The notes under the pieces: generated by a model
Seen by the model: the letters and a program-made list of their open reading frames with translations, nothing else
Told to the model about the DNA's origin: nothing
Databases searched by the model: none
Shown: positions 56,772 through 64,000 of the stretch, piece after piece
Numbering within the stretch: the stretch's first letter is position 1
How the letters are laid out: each line of letters begins with the position of its first letter
Translations under genes and position numbers: made by a program
Source of the DNA: Xanthobacteraceae bacterium
GTDB lineage: Bacteria > Pseudomonadota > Alphaproteobacteria > Rhizobiales > Xanthobacteraceae
Reading direction: 5' to 3'
Length of the DNA stretch: 64,000 nt
Assembly (NCBI GenBank): GCA_049646625.1
Contig: JBARWE010000219.1
Coordinates: 4,361-68,360, forward strand

Positions 56772-57248
56772 TTAGCTGCTAAGCGCGCCGGGCGAAATGT
56801 TGCGCTTGGTGACGACGCGCATCGCGAAGCTGGAATGCAGGCGGATCACGCCCGGCAACCGCGACAGGTGCTGGTTGTGAATCCGTTCATAATCTTCCAT
56901 GTCGCGCGCCTGCACTTCGACCAGATAGTCCTCGCTGCCGGACATCAGATAGCACGACATCACGTCTGGACATTTGCCGATGGCCTTTTCAAAAGCCGAG
57001 AGGGTGTTTTCATTCTGGCGGTCGAGCGTGATGCTGACGACGATCTGCATCCGATAGCCCAGCGTGGCGGCGTCGATCTCGGCGGAATAGCCACGAATGA
57101 TGCCGGCCTTCTCAAGCTGCTGTACACGCCGTGCGCAGGCCGTTGGCGACAGTCCAATCCGCTTGGCCAGCATCACCTGACTGACGCGGGCATCGCGTAC
57201 CAGCTCACGCATGATCTTCTGATCGATTTTGTCGATATCGGCGGGCAC
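56772..57248 (-). CDS. Lrp/AsnC family transcriptional regulator
   Basis: 158 aa. IDQKIMRELVRDARVSQVMLAKRIGLSPTACARRVQQLEKAGIIRGY plus an AsnC-type ligand domain. It is divergent from the dad genes. Confidence 0.92.
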   Translation of the reverse strand: MPADIDKIDQKIMRELVRDARVSQVMLAKRIGLSPTACARRVQQLEKAGIIRGYSAEIDAATLGYRMQIVVSITLDRQNENTLSAFEKAIGKCPDVMSCYLMSGSEDYLVEVQARDMEDYERIHNQHLSRLPGVIRLHSSFAMRVVTKRNISPGALSS

Positions 57249-57400
57249 GGCGATAATCTAGGCCTGATTTGAGGATCTTGCGCAGAATATAACTGGAAAA
57301 TTGAATAATCACGCACGATTTATGCGAGTTGTAGCAAAAACGATCGCATCTTCGCCCGGAATCTCCGGCGTTTCGATGGCAAAATCCATCACGCGGTTCA

Positions 57401-57754
57401 ATGGGGAATTTGGGCGTGGCGATCCCGTCTGGCGAGCGGCAGGCAGCTTCAGTTCTCGCTGTCGATCTGGCGGCGGTGCGTGACAACTACCCTCGTCTGA
57501 AGGCGAGGGTAGGATTGGGCATCTCGATGGACAGCCTGATCGTCGATGTCACTGCGCTGCCCGAAGAAGCGATTATGCCGGGTACGATTGTGGAGGTCAT
57601 CGGTAGCCGTCAGACAGTAGATGACCTTGCGGCTGCAATGAGTACGATCGGCTACGAGGTACTTACCTCGCTGGCCATCGCTTCACGCGGGTCTATCGCG
57701 ATGCCGCTGCCCGATGCATCTTTGCCTCAGCTTTCCGAAGGTTTCGTGTCATGA
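57401..57754 (+). pseudogene. dadX: Alanine racemase (dadX) with a large internal deletion
   Basis: The 117-aa ORF joins an N-terminal piece (VLAVDLAAVRDNYPRLKARVG) directly to the C-terminal beta-domain (ISMDSLIVDVTALPEEAIMPGTIVEVIG...[19 protein letters not shown]). The PLP-binding barrel is missing. Its stop overlaps the dadA ATG. Confidence 0.75.
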
Positions 57755-59004
57755 GGGTCCTCATTCTCGGTGCCGGTGTGATCGGCGTGACCACAGCTTA
57801 CTATCTGTCGAAACACGGTTTCGAGGTGACGGTGATCGACCGCCAGCCCGGGCCGGGGCTGGAAACCAGCTTCGCCAATGCCGGCGAGGTGTCGCCCGGC
57901 TATGCCTCGCCATGGGCGGGGCCGGGCGTTCCGGTGAAAGCAATCCGCTGGCTGCTGGATCGACATGGTCCGCTGGTGGTGCGGCCGCAAGCCGATCCCG
58001 CGATGTGGCGCTGGATGTGGCAGATGCTGCGCAACTGCACGGCGGCGCGCTATGCGGTGAACAAGGCGCGGATGGTCGGCATCGCCGAATATAGCCGCGA
58101 CTGCCTGCGGGCGCTGCGTGCGGAGACGGGCATCCGCTACGACGAACGCAGCCAGGGCACGCTGCAGCTATTCCGCAAGCAGGCCCAGCTTGACCAGATC
58201 GGCGGCGATATCGAGGTGCTGCGTCAGTACAATGTACCTTATGAGGTGCTGGATCGCGAGGGATGCATCCGCGTCGAGCCGGGCCTTGCCACTGTGCGCG
58301 AGCGGTTCGTCGGCGGCTTGCGGCTACCCGATGACGAGACGGGCGATTGCCATATGTTTACGCAGCGATTGGAACAGCTTGCGGCGGCGCAGGGCGTCAA
58401 CTTCCTCTACGATACGACGATCAATTCCGTGGATGTGGGTGACAGCCGCGTGGCGCAGGTGTCCACCAACCGTGGTGCGCTTACGGCTGATACCTATGTG
58501 ATGGCGCTCGGCAGCTTCTCGCCGCTGCTGCTGCGGCCGATCGGGATCAGCATTCCAGTCTATCCCGTGAAGGGTTATTCGCTCACCGTGCCGATCGTGA
58601 ACAGCAACATCGCGCCGGAATCCACCATCATGGACGAGACCTACAAGGTCGCCATCACGCGACTCGGCGATCGCATCCGCGTCGGCGGCACGGCGGAAGT
58701 CGGCGACTACGAGGTGCGTTTGAGTCAGCACCGGCGCGCCACGCTCGACCGTTCGTTGATGGATCTGTTTCCGGGCGCGGGCGACCTTGGACGTGCAACA
58801 TTCTGGAGCGGGCTGCGGCCGATGACGCCGGACGGGCCGCCGATCATCGGTAGCACCCGCTACGCCAATCTGCACCTCAACACCGGCCACGGTACATTGG
58901 GTTGGACCATGGCCTGCGGTGCCGCGCGTGTCGTTGCGGATCAGGTCGCCGGCCTGCCGCCGGAGATCCCAGCCGACGAACTCTCGATCGCGCGTTATCA
59001 ATAA
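57751..59004 (+). CDS. dadA: D-amino acid dehydrogenase small subunit
   Basis: 417 aa. [19 protein letters not shown] (GxGxxG) and typical DadA length. The lrp/dadX context fits. Confidence 0.92.
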   Translation: MRVLILGAGVIGVTTAYYLSKHGFEVTVIDRQPGPGLETSFANAGEVSPGYASPWAGPGVPVKAIRWLLDRHGPLVVRPQADPAMWRWMWQMLRNCTAARYAVNKARMVGIAEYSRDCLRALRAETGIRYDERSQGTLQLFRKQAQLDQIGGDIEVLRQYNVPYEVLDREGCIRVEPGLATVRERFVGGLRLPDDETGDCHMFTQRLEQLAAAQGVNFLYDTTINSVDVGDSRVAQVSTNRGALTADTYVMALGSFSPLLLRPIGISIPVYPVKGYSLTVPIVNSNIAPESTIMDETYKVAITRLGDRIRVGGTAEVGDYEVRLSQHRRATLDRSLMDLFPGAGDLGRATFWSGLRPMTPDGPPIIGSTRYANLHLNTGHGTLGWTMACGAARVVADQVAGLPPEIPADELSIARYQ

Positions 59005-59044
59005 ACGCCGTTCACAGTCGGTGACGCTCACACTTAAGGCTCGG

Positions 59045-59258
59045 TCAGCAGGCGACGACCTTGACGGCAAGGCCGCCCTGCGACGTTTCCTTGTATTTCG
59101 AATTCATGTCTCGCCCGGTATCTCGCATCGTGCGAATGCACAGCCTTCACTGCCAACCCATTCCGCTCGATGCAAGGGATCTGCACCAGGCCTGCGATCG
59201 GATCGCACGTCATGCCGAGATGGTGTTCGAGTGCGATCTCTGCGGCATTCTCAATCTG
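59045..59258 (-). pseudogene. sdaA: 3' remnant of an L-serine ammonia-lyase gene, frameshifted
   Basis: One minus-strand frame reads [41 protein letters not shown] second frame then reads [28 protein letters not shown]. The N-terminal ~85 percent of the gene is absent. Confidence 0.75.
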
Positions 59259-59607
59259 TGCATAGCTCGTGCAGCATATCCTGCCGTTCCTGTCGGGGGA
59301 TGCGGCGCCTGTCGTTACGCATCTTGTCCAGTCGCTGGCGCTTCCGGCGCGTGGGATGCTCATGGGCGACGAACTGGCCACAATGACAGACGCCGCATTG
59401 GCCGCCCGCGTGATTGAAGCGGACATGTCCGCCAAGCAGTTCTCCAAAAAATCCGTCCCACCCTTGGTATGTTTTGGCGATTGGGCTGGTCTTTCCAACC
59501 ACGGTCCATGTTACGTCTTCCGCTACGATGCGTTTGAGAGCTTCGTGGTCGCCGGCGCTGTGTCCCTGCCAGAAAGCCTCAACGATAGTCCTCACGCTCG
59601 ATGGCAT
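59251..59607 (-). CDS. SnoaL/NTF2-like protein, 3' end possibly disrupted
   Basis: The N-terminus [53 protein letters not shown] is typical SnoaL_2. The C-terminal third is arginine-rich, unlike the family, and abuts the sdaA remnant. Confidence 0.5.
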   Translation of the reverse strand: MPSSVRTIVEAFWQGHSAGDHEALKRIVAEDVTWTVVGKTSPIAKTYQGWDGFFGELLGGHVRFNHAGGQCGVCHCGQFVAHEHPTRRKRQRLDKMRNDRRRIPRQERQDMLHELCTD

Positions 59608-59707
59608 GTGCATCTCCCCTCCGTCGGCGTCGCTGCCGACGCTATGGCATTGCGAATGGCAGCCGGCCGCTCGTCAATCGGCCGGCTTCCGGCGGGCAAG
59701 GTTGATG

Positions 59708-60136
59708 TCAGACGAAACGAATGCCGTGTTCCGGGCCGAGACGCACGACCTCCGCAGGGTCGGCCAGACCGCTGATCTTGGTCATGTAGTCGTAGAAGTC
59801 GCCGGTCGGCGATACCATCACCAATGCCTTCACGAGCTTGCCCGAGCGGTTGTGCAGCGAATGAGGAATGCCTTTCGGCAGCGTCACCGCGGTGCCGGGG
59901 CCAGCCTTGATTGTCTCGCCTTCCATGTCGAAATCCATTTCGCCTTCCAGGATGTAAAGAATTTCGTCCTGGGTCACATGGATATGCGTCGGCACGAAAC
60001 TGTTCGGCCCGAATTCGGCATCCAACAGCAGCGACGACGGCGTCATGTGCAGCGGCACATACGGTTCGCCGAGAATGCTCCACTTCTGGCCCTGAAAGCC
60101 CTTCTCCCGAGTCATCGCGCCTTTGCTGTATTTCAT
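59708..60136 (-). CDS. Cupin domain protein
   Basis: 142 aa from ATG 60136 (GGGAGGA upstream). Cupin motif PTHIHVTQDEILYILEGE ... PKGIPHSLHN. Confidence 0.8.
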   Translation of the reverse strand: MKYSKGAMTREKGFQGQKWSILGEPYVPLHMTPSSLLLDAEFGPNSFVPTHIHVTQDEILYILEGEMDFDMEGETIKAGPGTAVTLPKGIPHSLHNRSGKLVKALVMVSPTGDFYDYMTKISGLADPAEVVRLGPEHGIRFV

Positions 60137-60990
60137 GACGAATCCTCCCATAGCGGCATTGCGTTCGTATCAGATCGATCAATCTGCGCGGTTTGCGGAG
60201 CGCGCCTTGTCGGCAACGGCTTCTTTCGCGAACTCACTGTTCGTCGAGTTTGCTTCAGCCGTATCCATCCGATCTATCCCGTCGACGCGAGAAATGTACG
60301 GATCGTGCATAAAACTTGTCCGGTACAAAACCTTGTCACCGTGCTTGGTCATGTGCGGTTGATCGACGCTTTTGGTAGAGGAGTCCTATCGCGCGCCGGA
60401 CCACGCGGCGACGGCAATACGCAGCCGCGCCACAACACGAACGCTTACAAGGCAGGCGTCATGTCTTGCTGGAAAGATTTTATAGAAATTGAACTATTAG
60501 GCCGTTGCCGGCGCGGCATCAGGAAGGTCACTCTCGACAATTCGATCCGGGCCACCGAGAAGCAAGGAAAGATGAATTCCAAACGGATCGAGCGCACGGA
60601 CGACAGTCTGATCAACGACATCCGATAAGGTGAGCTGGTCAGGGCTGGGCATGCTCCTTCTGCAATGCCGGCTGGCTGCCCCTTCCATGCGGCTGGCCAG
60701 GAATATTCCGTTTATGCCGGTTGAAACCCTCTTTACGGGGCGCCGCGCTATTGCCGCGATTCATAAAGACGCTCCTCCCGCTATGGGCATGACAATCGCG
60801 GACCGATCGGCGTTTACCGGAAGTTACGTCGGCCACCCGATAGGCGGGCAACTTTCTTGACAATGTCGCGACCGTTTCGTTTATTTATCTAAATACTTTG
60901 AGCCTAAAATTCTGAACCAGACTATCCGCCGGGTGCGGAAATCGTACAGATAGCGCGACAAACAGCTTTGAAACATCCGGTGCCGCTGCC

Positions 60991-61953
60991 ATGACGCTGG
61001 AACATCGCCTTATCTTCGAGACTACCGACCTCGATGAGGCGCGCGACAGAATAGGGAGCGTCTATTGCCGGCACCGGATCGACTACTCCGGGCATGAGCG
61101 GCATCTCGCTGTGCGCCTGCATCTTGCCACCCTGAAGCATCTTTCGCTCAGTCATGTCACCTACGGCGCCGAAGTGGCGATCGACGCCGGCGAGCCGGAG
61201 CACTGCTTTCTCATCCATCTCATCAATGGTGGCGGCTGTGAGATGCGAGTGGGCAATGCCACTGTCATGGCCGGATCGGTGACGGGTGCCATCAGCTCGG
61301 CGACATTGCCCTTGCGCATGCGCTGGAGCGCCGGATGTGCTCACACCGTTCTTAAGATAAACCGCTACGCGCTTGAGCGGCATCTGGGAGAATTGCTGCA
61401 GAATGCGGTCGGGCGGCCGATCGAGTTCGCACCTGAGCTGGACGTCGCGTCCGCCGCTGGAGGCAGCTATCGCCGCACGGTCGATTTCGCCTCCGCCGAA
61501 CTCGCGAGCAGACAGGCGTTGCCGTCCTCGCCGCTGTGGATCAGCTATCTCGAACAGATGCTGATGACGATGCTATTGACGATATTGCCTCACAATTATT
61601 CCGCACGGCTGGCGGCCCCGGTCAGTCCGGCGACACCGCGCCATGTGCGCCGAGCCGAGGATTACATCCTGACCAACGCGGCGCAGGACATCTCGATTGC
61701 CGATATCGCCAAAGCAGCGGGCGTCAGCGTGCGCACGCTGTTCGAGGGCTTCAAGCAGTTTCGTAGAACCACGCCGCTTGCGATGCTGCGCAACACCCGC
61801 CTGGAACACGCCCGCGCCGAACTTCAGCGGGCGTGCCCGTCGACATCCGTCACCGATATTGCGCTGAAATGAGGTTTTGCGAACGGCGGCCGCTTCGCGC
61901 AGAGCTACCGCGCGCGGTTTGGCGAACTGCCGTCGCAGACCTTGCGGGGGTGA
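60991..61953 (+). pseudogene. AraC-family regulator interrupted by an in-frame TGA at 61870-61872
   Basis: The ORF ends ...SVTDIALK*. The same frame continues GFANGGRFAQSYRARFGELPSQTLRG* and completes the second AraC HTH. The TGA sits where the family has a conserved aromatic residue (W/Y/F). Confidence 0.8.
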
Positions 61954-62011
61954 GGTAAGCGATAGCCTTACGAAGCGGCGCGAAAACCGGCCGCTTGGCG
62001 GCGATCGATAG

Positions 62012-63628
62012 TCAGGACGCGCGAAGGCGAAAGCGCTGGATTTTGCCGGTCAGCGTTCTGGGCAGGCTGTCGACGAATTTGACCGATCGCGGATATTTGT
62101 AGGGCGCGATCATCGCCTTCACATGCTCCTGTAGCAGCCGGACGGTCGCGTCATCGGCACGGCCGCCCGATATCAGCACGACATAAGCCTCGACGATCTG
62201 TCCGCGCTCCTCGTCCGGCGCGCCGATCACGGCGCATTCCAGCACCAGCTCATGGGCAAGAAGCGCGGCCTCAACCTCGGGTCCGGCGATATTGTAACCG
62301 GCCGAGAGGATCATGTCGTCGGAGCGGGCGGCGAAATGGAAATGGCCATCCTGATCCTGGGTGAAGGAATCGCCGGTCAGATTCCAGCCGTCCCGCACAT
62401 AGTTCTTCTGGCGTTCGTCGTTGAGATAGCGGCAGCCGGTCGGTCCCCGCACCGCCAGCCGCCCGACCGTGCCGCGCGGCAGTTCATTCATATCGTCGTC
62501 AACGATCTTCGCCTCGTAGCCGGCCACCGGCTTTCCCGTGCTGCCGGGCGCGCGATCGTTCAATCGGTTGGAGATGAAAATATGCAGCATCTCGGTGGCG
62601 CCGATTCCGTCGAGGATCGGCTTCCCGGTCTTTCGCTCCCACTCCTCGAACACAGGTGCCGGCAGCGTCTCGCCGGCCGAGACGGCGACGCGCAGCGACG
62701 ACAGGTCGGCGCCTTCGTCCATCGCCTTCATCATCGCCCGGTAGGCCGTCGGCGCGGTGAACGAGATGGTCGCCTTGTAGGTCTCGATGATCTCGATCAT
62801 GTGCGGCGGCGTTGCGGTCTCCAGCAGCGCCGCCGCAGCGCCAAAGCGCAGCGGAAACACCGCCAGCCCGCCCAGCCCGAAGGTGAATGCAAGCGGCGGC
62901 GAGCCGACGAATACGTCGTCGGGGGTGACGCCGAGCACTTCCTTGGCGTAGCCATCGGCGATGATCAGGATATCACGGTGGAAATGCATCGTGGCTTTCG
63001 GCACGCCGGTGGTGCCCGAGGTGAAGCCGAGCAGCGCCACGTCGTCGCGGCCGGTGCGGGCCGCCTCGAAGGCAACAGGCTTGTCGAGCGCGGCGCGATC
63101 CAGCTCGGCGTCGTGGTTGGCGGTGCCGTCGAAGCCCACCACCTGCTTCAGGAAGCGGCTTTCCTTGGCGCAAGCCACCAATTCATCCTTGATGCGGGTA
63201 TCGCACAGGGCCAGCGCGATCTCCGCCTTGTCCACGATCTTGGCAAGCTCGCCGGCGCGCAACATCGGCATGGTGTTGACCACCACCGCGCCGGCCTTGG
63301 TGGCGGCCAGCCAGCAGGCGACCATTGCCGGATTGTTGGCGGAGCGGATCAGGATTCGATTGCCCGGCTTGATCCCGTAATTCTCGACCAGGGCGCGCGC
63401 CAGGCGGTTGGTCCAGTCGGCCAGCTCCTTGTAGGTGCGGCGACGCCCGTTGCCGATCAGCGCGGTCCGGTCGCCGAAGCCTTTCTCAACCATGCGGTCG
63501 GTCAGTTCGACGGCACAGTTGAGATATTCGGGATATTGAAACCTGTCGAGCAGCAGGTCTGGCCACTGCTCGGGAGGCGGGAGATTGTCGCGGCAGAATG
63601 TATCGATATGTCCTGACTGTCCAAGCAT
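62012..63628 (-). CDS. Aryl-CoA ligase (benzoate / 2-aminobenzoate-CoA ligase family)
   Basis: 538 aa. N-terminal HIDTFCRDNLPPPEQWPDLL...YPEYLNCAVELTD, then FTSGTTGVPKA and TGDSFTQDQDGHFHFAARSDD. Confidence 0.85.
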   Translation of the reverse strand: MLGQSGHIDTFCRDNLPPPEQWPDLLLDRFQYPEYLNCAVELTDRMVEKGFGDRTALIGNGRRRTYKELADWTNRLARALVENYGIKPGNRILIRSANNPAMVACWLAATKAGAVVVNTMPMLRAGELAKIVDKAEIALALCDTRIKDELVACAKESRFLKQVVGFDGTANHDAELDRAALDKPVAFEAARTGRDDVALLGFTSGTTGVPKATMHFHRDILIIADGYAKEVLGVTPDDVFVGSPPLAFTFGLGGLAVFPLRFGAAAALLETATPPHMIEIIETYKATISFTAPTAYRAMMKAMDEGADLSSLRVAVSAGETLPAPVFEEWERKTGKPILDGIGATEMLHIFISNRLNDRAPGSTGKPVAGYEAKIVDDDMNELPRGTVGRLAVRGPTGCRYLNDERQKNYVRDGWNLTGDSFTQDQDGHFHFAARSDDMILSAGYNIAGPEVEAALLAHELVLECAVIGAPDEERGQIVEAYVVLISGGRADDATVRLLQEHVKAMIAPYKYPRSVKFVDSLPRTLTGKIQRFRLRAS

Positions 63629-63793
63629 CTCAAACTGCCTCCCGAACTTCGACTATGTTATGCCGGTCTTCTTGCGCGGCCCAAGCATAGCGAATTTATT
63701 ATTTGAAGCCTAAAGTTTATTTGCTGGCGAAGTGCCGGCAACGAGTTGGTTATTGCCGATAACCGTGATGCGGTGCCCGCCGCATGCAAGGCG

Positions 63794-64000
63794 TCAATCG
63801 GGGACAACGGCGACCGCCTGTATCTCGACCAGTGCCTCATCCTCGATGAGACCGGATACCTCGACCACCGCCATGGTCGGAAAATTGCGGCCGATGACCG
63901 CCTTGTAGGCCGCCCCGATGTCCTTGAGCGAGGCGGAGTAAGCCTTCCGGTCGGTCAGGTACCAGGTCATCGCGGTGATGTGCTCAGGGCCGGCGCCGGC
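63794..64000 (-). CDS. RidA/YjgF family protein, N-terminus outside window
   Basis: Minus-strand translation ...HITAMTWYLTDRKAYSASLKDIGAAYKAVIGRNFPTMAVVEVSGLIEDEALVEIQAVAVVPD*. The frame is open to the window edge. Confidence 0.8.
   Translation of the reverse strand, partial: AGAGPEHITAMTWYLTDRKAYSASLKDIGAAYKAVIGRNFPTMAVVEVSGLIEDEALVEIQAVAVVPD

Noticed and set aside
60497-60688. 63-aa minus-strand ORF (…MPSPDQLTLSDVVDQTVVRALDPFGIHLSLLLGGPDRIVESDL…)
   Set aside because: It has no recognisable family and no convincing ribosome-binding site, and it is isolated in a region of apparent gene decay. It may be a fragment, but I cannot support a call.
61870-61872. Possibility that the in-frame TGA in the AraC gene encodes selenocysteine
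   Set aside because: No SECIS-like hairpin follows immediately. The position aligns with an aromatic residue, not Cys. Selenoprotein transcription factors are not expected.
1-64000. Search for CRISPR arrays, tRNA/rRNA genes, prophage or defence-system genes
   Set aside because: I saw no regularly spaced direct repeats, no cloverleaf-like or rRNA-like segments, and no nuclease-, helicase- or methylase-type ORFs. The window is metabolic and transport in content.

Overview
High-GC, alphaproteobacterial-looking (Rhizobiales/Bradyrhizobiaceae-like) chromosomal segment. It is almost entirely catabolic and transport genes, separated by patches of gene debris. I found no rRNA, tRNA or CRISPR array, and no intact mobile element.

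Layout:
- 1-4.0 kb: a visibly lower-GC sugar ABC operon, followed by a collapsed IS3-family remnant.
- 5.8-23.1 kb: a CoA-dependent catabolic island. It holds a TetR regulator, two AMP-ligases, a Liv-type uptake system, three crotonases, two hotdog thioesterases and an aldehyde dehydrogenase. Its core is a tightly coupled PaaA / DUF59 / PaaB / PaaC / (PaaD zinc-ribbon::MaoC) operon.
- 23.6-35.0 kb: MFS and MocR genes, then a non-CODH CoxMSL-like molybdenum hydroxylase with NIPSNAP, an amidohydrolase_2, a CoxG-like protein and a NitT/TauT-type ABC importer.
- 35.3-44.2 kb: a form I CO dehydrogenase cluster, coxC-MSL-DEFG, on the minus strand and bounded by gene fragments.
- 45.0-56.7 kb: a Liv-type ABC operon, a GntR regulator, and an NTF2-like / aminotransferase / HyuAB / SDR operon. 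Both operons carry an identical 15-nt operator-like motif.
- 56.8-64.0 kb: lrp, a decayed dadX, dadA, an sdaA remnant, a cupin, an AraC gene with an in-frame TGA, an aryl-CoA ligase and a partial RidA gene.

The most unusual item is the Paa-like diiron oxygenase operon. Its PaaD is split, its zinc-ribbon half is fused to a MaoC hydratase, and no PaaE reductase is present in the window.

All calls rest on reading the translated ORFs and the DNA by eye. No database searches were run, and start codons are inferred.
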